DNA of 64,000 nucleotides. It comes from a virus (lineage: Duplodnaviria; Heunggongvirae; Uroviricota; Caudoviricetes). Positions within the stretch are counted from its first letter, which is position 1; each line of letters begins with the position of its first letter. The notes beneath the pieces were generated by a model. The model searched no databases. It saw nothing but the letters and a program-made list of their open reading frames with translations, and was not told the origin of the DNA. The stretch is taken from positions 59,694 through 123,693 of IMG/VR virus record IMGVR_UViG_3300044673_000278; one strand, written 5' to 3'. The translations under genes were made by a program, and so were the position numbers. This document shows, one piece after another, positions 55,971 through 64,000 of this stretch.

Positions 55971-55999
55971 ATTGTAGCAGAATTACGTTTGCAGGTCAA
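55971..55999 (-). promoter_or_regulatory. sigma70 promoter (leaderless) of the exonuclease-kinase pair
   Basis: TTGACC-17-TACAAT-5-ATG. Confidence 0.7.
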
Positions 56000-56714
56000 T
56001 GTTCATGGCCAGCTGGAACCAGTCAATTATGGCATTTCTGGTTGGATGGTACTGGTCAGACTCCAATCTACCAGCACGTTTGGCCCATTCATACGGGCTA
56101 TCAAATTTGGTAAACCTGGTCCAATCCACTGCACTGTACAATGGTGTGTCCTTGCACATTATACCATGACTGTGTTCTTCTTGCTCGCCGGGTATACTGC
56201 GTTGAGTGTCGTATATGAATCCCATTTGATATGGAATTTTTGCTCGGTCTAACACTGCTTGAGTTGATATAATACTCAGCAAAGTGAGTTCTGACAGATA
56301 CTGACTACCCGAAGTTGTTCCAAGATATTGTGCCTGAAAAAATTTCTTGATCACTTCGGGTGTAGCAGTTAGATCACCTGTGCCCGATCCTAACATTCCA
56401 CCAGAATGAAACCACACCATGCTACCAACATTACACCGAGCTATCCACGCATCGGGTTTGTTTTCTGGATATGTGCGATTGAGTTCTTCGCTGATTGGAA
56501 AGTCAAGTCTATTGATGCCTGACCACAATACCACAACTTGATCGTATTTGTTTTGAGTTACTTCGTAGATTGTTCTAGCAGCCAGAGCCTGATTGCCCGA
56601 GCCAGGGCTGGCCAACACTGTGTATTTTTGAGCATTGACATGATAGTCGCTGTCGCTGAGCCTATAGGTAAGCCTTGCTAAAAAACTACACCCAACCAAC
56701 AGTGTTTGTGACAT
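55983..56714 (-). CDS. SGNH-like hydrolase or acyltransferase
   Basis: VGCSF, LASPGSGN, VLWSGINRLD, DQYHPT. Confidence 0.6.
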   Translation of the reverse strand: MSQTLLVGCSFLARLTYRLSDSDYHVNAQKYTVLASPGSGNQALAARTIYEVTQNKYDQVVVLWSGINRLDFPISEELNRTYPENKPDAWIARCNVGSMVWFHSGGMLGSGTGDLTATPEVIKKFFQAQYLGTTSGSQYLSELTLLSIISTQAVLDRAKIPYQMGFIYDTQRSIPGEQEEHSHGIMCKDTPLYSAVDWTRFTKFDSPYEWAKRAGRLESDQYHPTRNAIIDWFQLAMNIDLQT

Positions 56715-57484
56715 TAGCCAATTACCCAAGTCAAGGGCTGGCTTCCATCAATGTAGTTTTTAAGATCTTCTAATAGTTTGTCCATAGCTGCTTGTGCTTC
56801 TGATTTCATTGCAGCGCCATTTAAACTGGTACCGCCTTGTGGACCAGCAATGCTGGCAAACTTTTCACGTGCTTCACCAATGATCATTTTGCAGTTGGCT
56901 ACCATGTAGTCTTTGATCCATTGCTGAATCTGATAGTCGCTCAACAGGTTGATTTCAGGCTTGAGGTTGTAGGTCCAAATCAGCACAGCTTCGCCGGTGC
57001 CTTTGGGGTCACGAATCAACTGCAACTTCTTGGTCACAGGATTCCAGGTGTAGTTCATATATGCACCAAACATACGACCTGCTAGTTCAACATACTGCGA
57101 GTAGAAATCGTAAGTAGCGAGGCCGCCAGCAACGTTGAAGTTCATGAGATACACGTTCAAACTGGCCTGACTAAACGGGTCAAAGTTTGAAGCATACGGG
57201 CCTGTGGCATCACCAAACGTTCTGCGGAAAATTTGACGAACGCTGATTACTTCTTGTGGCAGCTGATACACGTTTTCGTCCTTGACCAAACGCATAAACA
57301 AGTAACTTTCCTCGTATGCATTGTTGGCTCGTTGACGGTAAGTGCCGATTGTGCGCTGATATGCAGCTTCGTAATGCTCTGGATCAAGTTCCAGATCAAC
57401 AATTTGACTGCCCAGCTGAAGCTGGACATAATCAATGAGATTTTGTTTGAGTGTGCTTAGTGTATCTTGCTGTTGTTCGGCCAT
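56714..57484 (-). CDS. gp13: Neck protein (gp13-like)
   Basis: L.DY...LG..IVDLEL, WIKDY..A..K...G...KF..I.GP.GG.SLNG. Confidence 0.85.
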   Translation of the reverse strand: MAEQQQDTLSTLKQNLIDYVQLQLGSQIVDLELDPEHYEAAYQRTIGTYRQRANNAYEESYLFMRLVKDENVYQLPQEVISVRQIFRRTFGDATGPYASNFDPFSQASLNVYLMNFNVAGGLATYDFYSQYVELAGRMFGAYMNYTWNPVTKKLQLIRDPKGTGEAVLIWTYNLKPEINLLSDYQIQQWIKDYMVANCKMIIGEAREKFASIAGPQGGTSLNGAAMKSEAQAAMDKLLEDLKNYIDGSQPLTWVIG

Positions 57485-57506
57485 GGGGGATCTCCGTCCC
57501 CCTTAT

Positions 57507-58646
57507 TTACCAGGCCCTAAGCACCACAAGGTTCTCGCTGCCACGGCCGTTCCAGGCTGTTTCTGTGGCTTTGATGTCTTTGAATGCTTTGCGAGCTGCT
57601 GGCTTGCCTGCTGTGACAATGGCCTTGAGCTGCTCTGCAGGCTTGCGCAGTGTTTTCTGCAGGGTTTCTGTGGTTGAGAACCCTACAATGGAGTTGTTTT
57701 TTACAGTAAACACTTTGGCATATTCATCAGCAACCACGTGGATCAACTTGCGCTTTTTGCTGTCGTACAACCAAGCTTCGGTTTTGTCCACCAACTGTGC
57801 AGCCGGCAACGATTTGAGTTTGAGCTCAGGAACTTCGGCACAGATCTTGAATTTGGCTGCTTTCTTTTCTGGGCTCACAGGCTTGACCTTGCGAGGCTTG
57901 CGTTCCACTTTCTTGATTTGCACATAGCTACCGCAGTCTGTGATCACAAGCTCGCAGAACTTCACACAGTTTTTGAGCTGTGTTTTGGTCATGAAGTCAT
58001 AGGCTTTTGCAAGGTCGGCATCTTTGCCGGCCACTGCTTCCTCGAACTCAGCTAACTTGCGAGTCCATGTGTCTTTGACTGTGGAGATCATTTGCGGGGC
58101 AATGTTCATGCTTCGCATCAGGCTCACGGGTTTGTAGTCTGCATTGAGTTTGGCTCCGCTGGCTACAAATTCATCAAACAAGCCATCGAGCTCGCCTAGG
58201 CATTCGCTGACCTTTTCGCGCAGACGATCCTGGATAGTGGTCTTGGGCACTTCGGGCTCGTCTGTGCTGACTTCTTGCTTGGGAGCATCTTTGATAGCCA
58301 GCAGTTCAGCAATCATATTGTCCAGTTTGATTTGCTCTTGCTCGCTCAAATCTAGGCCCATCATGCTCATTCGGCACAACCAACCTGTGGTCAGTCGAAC
58401 TTGGCTGTCGCTGAGAGCTCGAATTTTCTTTGCGTCTCGGCCACGGTCGTGAGTTTCCAAATAGGCTGCAACAAAGTCTTTGGCTTCTTTTTTGCCGTAG
58501 AAGTAGTTGTACCAATTGAACGCACGACTCAGGGCAGTGAAGCGATCTTCTGTGGGCTGTTTGCGCCACAGCGGTTCGTCCCCTACATACTTGGTGTCGG
58601 GACTACGGGGATTCAGCGGTTTAATACTTTTTGCTACAGCAACCAT
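57507..58646 (-). CDS. Conserved hypothetical early protein
   Basis: 379-aa ORF with sigma70 promoter TTGACT-17-TATAAT (58672-58700) and AAGGAG SD. Confidence 0.8.
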   Translation of the reverse strand: MVAVAKSIKPLNPRSPDTKYVGDEPLWRKQPTEDRFTALSRAFNWYNYFYGKKEAKDFVAAYLETHDRGRDAKKIRALSDSQVRLTTGWLCRMSMMGLDLSEQEQIKLDNMIAELLAIKDAPKQEVSTDEPEVPKTTIQDRLREKVSECLGELDGLFDEFVASGAKLNADYKPVSLMRSMNIAPQMISTVKDTWTRKLAEFEEAVAGKDADLAKAYDFMTKTQLKNCVKFCELVITDCGSYVQIKKVERKPRKVKPVSPEKKAAKFKICAEVPELKLKSLPAAQLVDKTEAWLYDSKKRKLIHVVADEYAKVFTVKNNSIVGFSTTETLQKTLRKPAEQLKAIVTAGKPAARKAFKDIKATETAWNGRGSENLVVLRAW

Positions 58647-58721
58647 GTGGGCTCCTTGTGACTATTGTGTAATTATAGCACTTCGCCAATTTGAAGTCAA
58701 ATCGCCCATAAATAAAACACT

Positions 58722-60032
58722 ATGCCCAGATTAAGTCTTTATCGCCCAAATCGTACTCGTGATTATCAGTTTTTGGATAGAACCATTCACGAAATGTACA
58801 CTGTTGGTGGGTTGGATATCTACGTTCACAAATATCTGGGCCCAACACCCGGTGGAGAAGATTCAGCATTTTCGGGCAACGCCGATGCAACTCAACCAGT
58901 TTATGATGATTTGAATCCGCTGAATATTCAAGATTTGCTGTTGCTAGAAAACAGAGACAGAGTTTATGCACCAGATGTTTATGTCATGCGTGGTGTTTAT
59001 AATCAACAAGATGTTGATTTTGATTTAACACAGTTTGGATTGTTTCTAAACAACGATACTCTGTTTATCACGTTTCACTACAACGACATGATCGACACAT
59101 TTGGTAGAAAATTAATGACAGGCGATGTTTTGGAATTGCCTAATTTGCGTGATTTTCATCCACTGAATCCCAATTTGCCACGAGCATTACCGAAGTATTA
59201 TGTGATTCAGGATGCTGCTTTTGCCAGCGAGGGCTTCAGTCAAACATGGTTGCCACACTTGTGGCGTGTCAAAGCCACACCACTCACAGACGCACAAGAA
59301 TACAATTCAATCACAGACAAGCCCATGGTACAAGAAAACATTTGGGACAACGGCAACTTCTATCCTGCAGGCACTGTGGTTAACTATGGTGATGTTTACT
59401 ATCAATCTACACAGAACGTTCCTGCTGGGACAGACATAACTGATACCAGTTTCTGGTCTGAGTACACTCCCAACACCATCAGCGATGTACAAGGCACAAG
59501 ACAAAAAGATTACGAAATCAACGATGCTATTCTTACACAAGCTGATGTTGAAGTGCCACTGTCGGGTTACGATCCCACAAAGTTTTATATTCTTCCCACA
59601 CAAGACGGACAACCTGCCAACCCCGATGGCCTCACTGCTGACAGCACAGTCACAGTAGACGGCACACAAGGAGGTATGGGCGTTACTCCCAAGAGCGATG
59701 GGTACACCATTGGTTACCTTACCGGCGATGGCATTGCACCCAATGGATTGCCTGTTACCCCTGGAGTAAGTTTTCCTATCAATCCTGTGGCCGGCGACTA
59801 TTGTTTGCGCTTAGATTACAGACCCAATCGTTTGTTCCGCTATGACGGTGCTCGCTGGATCAAGCTCGAAGATCGAGTTCGTACAGACCTCAACAATGGA
59901 CCAGACAACAAAACACTGCGTTCGAGCTTTGTTAATAACGACGCAACTGTTAATACCACAGATCGAGGCCCAATACCAAGTCGTCAGAGCCTCAGCGAAC
60001 TACTCAAACCCAGGGCCGACAACGGCGGTTAA
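58722..60032 (+). CDS. gp14: Neck protein (gp14-like) with insertions
   Basis: Y.VGG.D.Y, DL.QFGLF...D...I, GDVL.LP; between gp13 and gp15. Confidence 0.7.
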   Translation: MPRLSLYRPNRTRDYQFLDRTIHEMYTVGGLDIYVHKYLGPTPGGEDSAFSGNADATQPVYDDLNPLNIQDLLLLENRDRVYAPDVYVMRGVYNQQDVDFDLTQFGLFLNNDTLFITFHYNDMIDTFGRKLMTGDVLELPNLRDFHPLNPNLPRALPKYYVIQDAAFASEGFSQTWLPHLWRVKATPLTDAQEYNSITDKPMVQENIWDNGNFYPAGTVVNYGDVYYQSTQNVPAGTDITDTSFWSEYTPNTISDVQGTRQKDYEINDAILTQADVEVPLSGYDPTKFYILPTQDGQPANPDGLTADSTVTVDGTQGGMGVTPKSDGYTIGYLTGDGIAPNGLPVTPGVSFPINPVAGDYCLRLDYRPNRLFRYDGARWIKLEDRVRTDLNNGPDNKTLRSSFVNNDATVNTTDRGPIPSRQSLSELLKPRADNGG

Positions 60033-60035
60033 CAT

Positions 60036-61436
60036 ATGCAGCAATATTTTTACGATGAACAAATACGTCGATTCTTACTTCAGTTCACAAGAATCTTTTC
60101 AGGGTTTCAAATTGAATACGGACGCGACGAAAACAATCCAGAAGCTGCTGCTCTGCTGAGAGTACCTATTCGCTATGGTGATTCCAGCCGCCAAGCACAG
60201 ACCATCTTGCAAGAAAACTCAGCCAGCAGTTTGCCTTCAACACCGCTGATGACGTTTTACATTGCAGCACTGAATTACGATCGTCCGCGTATGCAGGAGC
60301 CTTACTTTGTGAGCAAAGTAAATGTGCGCCAACGTACCTACGACACTGCTACAGAAACATACGAAACCACACAAGGCAATGCTTTTACCATTGAGCGACT
60401 GATGCCTGTACCGTATGCTCTGACACTGAACTTGGATCTATGGACCTCTAACACCAATCAAAAACTACAGCTCATGGAGCAGATCCTTACGCTGTTCAAC
60501 CCCAGCCTGGAAATTCAAAGCACAGACAACTATCTGGACTGGACCAGTTTGAGTGTAGTAGAATTAGAAAGCGTAAACTGGAGCAGCAGAACCATTCCCA
60601 TTGGCACTGAAAATCCCATTGACATTGCTACTCTGCGTTTTAACTTACCAATCTGGATTAGCCCTCCAGCCAAAGTCAAGAAGCTGGGTGTTGTGGAACG
60701 AATCATTGCTTCCATGTACGATGCCCAAGGTGACTTGGTCAATGCTGTGGTCAACAACGACTTACTGTTGGGCACACGACAAGTTATCACTCCGTACAAC
60801 TATGCTACTGTACTAATTGGCAACAAAATACAATGTTTGCAGCAACAATATCTTGCACAAGAACCTGACAACGACAGCTTGCAAGAAACAGTTATTGTCC
60901 CTGACAGCAACTTGCTATGGCCTGCTGTAATCAACTTGTATGGCACACTGAGACCAGGTATCAGTCAAATGCGATTGGAGCAGCCCGACGGGTCGGAAGT
61001 GGTCGGCACGATCTCTATAGATCCCAACGATGATAGATTCTTGTTGTACACTGTGGACGAAGACACTGTTCCGCAAAATACTTTGGCCCCAGTTGACGCT
61101 ATTATCAATCCTCAAGCAACAGGTCCTCGACCTGAAGATTCAACATTGGCCGGTGTTAGATATTTGTTAACCGAAGGCACAGGCAGTGGCGAAAATATTG
61201 CTGCCGCAAGTGCATGGATTGGCGAAAACGGTCGTCCCTTGGTCGCTCAAGCCAATGACATTATTGAATACACTTCGCAAGGATACTGGCGTGTGGTGTT
61301 TATTGCTGCGGCACAAACTGCAACCCAGTACGTAACTAACATAACTACAGGTACACAATATTTCTGGACAGGCGAAGAATGGATCAAGAGTTATCAGGGC
61401 GTGTACCCCGGCGGAAAATGGAGACTGGTTCTGTAA
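60036..61436 (+). CDS. gp15: Tail terminator/sheath stabiliser (gp15-like) with a C-terminal extension
   Basis: YFYDEQIRR...F..IFS, VPI.YG, MPVPY.L, LQL.EQIL.LFNP. Confidence 0.88.
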   Translation: MQQYFYDEQIRRFLLQFTRIFSGFQIEYGRDENNPEAAALLRVPIRYGDSSRQAQTILQENSASSLPSTPLMTFYIAALNYDRPRMQEPYFVSKVNVRQRTYDTATETYETTQGNAFTIERLMPVPYALTLNLDLWTSNTNQKLQLMEQILTLFNPSLEIQSTDNYLDWTSLSVVELESVNWSSRTIPIGTENPIDIATLRFNLPIWISPPAKVKKLGVVERIIASMYDAQGDLVNAVVNNDLLLGTRQVITPYNYATVLIGNKIQCLQQQYLAQEPDNDSLQETVIVPDSNLLWPAVINLYGTLRPGISQMRLEQPDGSEVVGTISIDPNDDRFLLYTVDEDTVPQNTLAPVDAIINPQATGPRPEDSTLAGVRYLLTEGTGSGENIAAASAWIGENGRPLVAQANDIIEYTSQGYWRVVFIAAAQTATQYVTNITTGTQYFWTGEEWIKSYQGVYPGGKWRLVL

Positions 61437-61861
61437 GAGCTGTAGGCGTTTGGTTTCGCAGTGCCGAAACTGGACGTTATCTTTATCTGTTGCGCAACGA
61501 CACCAAACATCCGGGGACCTGGGGCTTACCGGGTGGCAAAGTAGAGTCAGGCGAAACACTGCTAGGCGGCATGGAACGCGAGTGCATCGAAGAACTGGGT
61601 TTCTTCCCCGAATATCAGCACCTGGTGCCTCTAGAAAAATTCACATCATCAGACGGACAATTTGAATACAACACTTGGGTGTGTGTTGTAGCATCAGAAT
61701 TTCGCCCCAATCTCAATCACGAACATCTAGGTTACGCTTGGATCGATCGTGGCAACTGGCCTAGACCCATGCATCCAGGGCTGTGGTCAACTGTAAACAT
61801 TGATGCAGTTCAAGGCAAGATAGACACTGTAGAGCGCTATCTTGCCGAGCATGCCAATTAA
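61418..61861 (+). CDS. NUDIX hydrolase
   Basis: GGKVESGETLLGGMERECIEELG Nudix box. Confidence 0.9.
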   Translation: METGSVRAVGVWFRSAETGRYLYLLRNDTKHPGTWGLPGGKVESGETLLGGMERECIEELGFFPEYQHLVPLEKFTSSDGQFEYNTWVCVVASEFRPNLNHEHLGYAWIDRGNWPRPMHPGLWSTVNIDAVQGKIDTVERYLAEHAN

Positions 61862-63999
61862 GCCTGGCTTTCGAAATACTGCAACTGAATTTCAGCCAGC
61901 GGGTTAGATACTGTTGTCAATGCTGTTAACTGAATTGCCAACACTTCTGGTCCGTTGGGGTAAACGCCAGTACCAGGAACTGCCGAAGTACCCATTTGTT
62001 TAACTGAACTCAAATCCAATGTACCCGAGTTAGTGGTACTAATCGGGATAGCAAACAATCTTTCACCACCAGTTAGTTCTGTAGTAATAGCAGTCACTGT
62101 TAGGTTCAGATCATTAGCCGGAGTAGATCCACCAATGACGTTGCCTAAAATTCTTAGGGTGTCGCCAATTGCATAACCAGTGCCTGGGTTTTGCACTGTG
62201 ATCTGAACAGTGTTGTTGTTGTAAGTGGTGCCAGTGGCTGTGAGTTGCACTGTGAGGTTGGCTCCCGAACCTGAGCTCGACACCACAGTAGGCGTTAAGT
62301 TAGCATAGGTACGAGAATTACCAAAAGTCGGCTTGGTACCGCTCTTGGTAAAGCCACCAACGGATCCATACGACGAGCCAGTTAAACCACCGGTTGTTTC
62401 GTCAGTGTAGTTTGGCGCAGTTGAGAACTCGCACAAACTAGGTTGATAGCCACCACCTAAGTTGTTGATGCCTGTCCATGCTGTGCTTGCGGCATTGATG
62501 TTGCTGGGGTTGAGAATACCTTCAACTAGATAACGGCCAGCGGTGATGTTGATAATCATGTTCTTCAGTGTGACTTGAGCGCGGTTGATCAGGTCACGTT
62601 CGCCAAGATCGCCGATGACACCGTTTGATACGCTGGGGCTGAGTCGCATACAGAATGCCACTTGCTTCTGGCCCACGGTGGCTGGCAGACCATAGTTCAC
62701 GCGGTTGAATGTAAATTGATAACCTTCGTCGCCATCAAAGTTACCGTCCATGATTACTGAACTACCCCAGTGGTTAATCAACGGAGTACAAGTATTGGAG
62801 ATCAAGATAACACCAGTGTTGGCGTCATGGCTGGTAGCTGCAGAACTAGTAAAGCTGCGGTTAGCACCTTCGATCCACTGTGTAAATGTTGCTGCACGAG
62901 TACATCCAGTAAGGTCGTTACCACTCTTGCCCGAGTACTTGATGATTTCACTGTCGATCATCACATATGCAGGATATGTTACACTAGCAGGCGGGTAATA
63001 CGTAGCATCTACGAGAGAGATTGTGGTTTGACTTGCGTCAATTGCACTGGCCAAACGGTTCACTGGAGTTTCGTTAATGGCTTCGTAGCGAGCAGGCAAG
63101 TTACCTGAACGCATGTAAGCTTCATAGTTAACGTTGTTGTTGGGACGACGATGGCAAGGAATCATTTCGCCTGTTTGTCCACGAATCATCCATTGTGCAT
63201 AACCTGCACCATACCATGAATATTCAATACCCAACATCTGCATGCGGCCTGTGTTGAGTGTGTAGCCACTGGGTCCTGTACCGTCAAGTGGGTCAATGTT
63301 GAAGTCTGCTTGTTTGACACGGATTTCCTGGCGCAAGCACATCTTCACACGGTTCTGGTTAGATACACCTCGATACACAGGCACCACAGTCATACGTTGT
63401 TCATCCAAGATACTTGTCACAGTGTGTGTCATTCCTCGGATCACAACCACGTCGCCGTTGTTAAGCTGTTCTTGGAAGCGACTGATTTCGTTGCCCACAA
63501 CCAAGTTAGATCCTGCACCCACGGACACTAGACCAGCAACTTGGAAGGTTGAACTGCGTTGCACTGCATTGATATTTTGTCCGTCACACTCCCAGAACAA
63601 TCCGTTTTGATCATCAAAGATACCTGCACGAATAGATGCGCCTTGCCAGGCTTCCATGTTGACTCGTGGCTGAGGAGCTAGTTCAGGTGTAGTAGAACCA
63701 AGAGTTTCTTGTGCTTCAACTGTAAAAGTTAAATCGCTAACAATGCTGGTCACAACATAGCCAGTGTTGTTGTATCCAGATGTGCTCACACCAGAAAGTT
63801 CAAGCACAGCGCCTGGATTCAGACCATGTTCAAGATCAGTTGTAACGGTAATGGTACTACCCGCTACTGTACCACTAGCAGTAATTGATGTGATATCAAA
63901 TGTAGGTTTGAGCATGGTACCTGATGTGAACAAGATACCCTTACCAGACTGATAGCGGAAGTATTTTTTGGTCTGTCGTGCGGCACTGGCACCACGAGT
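61858..63999 (-). CDS. Large virion structural protein (fibre/baseplate-associated; 5' end outside window)
   Basis: Frame open to the window edge (RQTKKYFRYQSGKG...); YSWYGAG lectin-like segment; NPGTGYAIGD repeats. Confidence 0.75.
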   Translation of the reverse strand, partial: TRGASAARQTKKYFRYQSGKGILFTSGTMLKPTFDITSITASGTVAGSTITVTTDLEHGLNPGAVLELSGVSTSGYNNTGYVVTSIVSDLTFTVEAQETLGSTTPELAPQPRVNMEAWQGASIRAGIFDDQNGLFWECDGQNINAVQRSSTFQVAGLVSVGAGSNLVVGNEISRFQEQLNNGDVVVIRGMTHTVTSILDEQRMTVVPVYRGVSNQNRVKMCLRQEIRVKQADFNIDPLDGTGPSGYTLNTGRMQMLGIEYSWYGAGYAQWMIRGQTGEMIPCHRRPNNNVNYEAYMRSGNLPARYEAINETPVNRLASAIDASQTTISLVDATYYPPASVTYPAYVMIDSEIIKYSGKSGNDLTGCTRAATFTQWIEGANRSFTSSAATSHDANTGVILISNTCTPLINHWGSSVIMDGNFDGDEGYQFTFNRVNYGLPATVGQKQVAFCMRLSPSVSNGVIGDLGERDLINRAQVTLKNMIINITAGRYLVEGILNPSNINAASTAWTGINNLGGGYQPSLCEFSTAPNYTDETTGGLTGSSYGSVGGFTKSGTKPTFGNSRTYANLTPTVVSSSGSGANLTVQLTATGTTYNNNTVQITVQNPGTGYAIGDTLRILGNVIGGSTPANDLNLTVTAITTELTGGERLFAIPISTTNSGTLDLSSVKQMGTSAVPGTGVYPNGPEVLAIQLTALTTVSNPLAEIQLQYFESQA

Positions 64000-64000
64000 A

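Noticed and set aside
1-64000. Stop-codon reassignment, introns or inteins in core genes
   Set aside because: TerL, helicase, primase, UvsX, UvsW and sheath read through intact in the standard code; no intein or intron signature seen
1-64000. tRNA or rRNA genes
   Set aside because: Intergenic gaps are short and no cloverleaf or T-loop pattern was recognised; tRNAscan-SE would be needed to exclude them formally

Overview
The window is part of a large lytic myovirus (T4-like gene set, probably a freshwater phage of a proteobacterial host), with most genes on the minus strand. Replication and recombination genes include gp41 helicase, gp61 primase, gp32 SSB, UvsX, UvsY, UvsW and a probable gp62. 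Packaging and virion genes include TerL, a probable TerS, gp4, gp13, gp14, gp15, sheath gp18, tube gp19 and fibre-like proteins. An early region (18.5-22.7 kb) has many tiny ORFs and repeated sigma70 promoters. A ~9 kb glycosyltransferase/methyltransferase island lies at 22.7-31.9 kb. Accessory enzymes are scattered between core genes: IscU, three twitch-domain radical SAM proteins, four SGNH-like proteins, an amidinotransferase, a secreted thermonuclease and a NUDIX hydrolase. The most unusual observations are five. (1) A 192-aa miniature DnaE (C-family polymerase) keeps all three catalytic aspartates. (2) A fusion joins a Pol-beta nucleotidyltransferase domain to an RNA-ligase-like domain and looks capsid-packaged. 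(3) Late polyprotein-like head proteins are punctuated by probable prohead-protease sites, with cassette-like modules. (4) Many genes appear to have leaderless mRNAs from TAAATA late promoters. (5) A late-expressed glycan-building and tailoring system is spread across the window. No tRNA, rRNA, CRISPR array or IS element was seen. All calls come from motif recognition by eye; no database searches were run.
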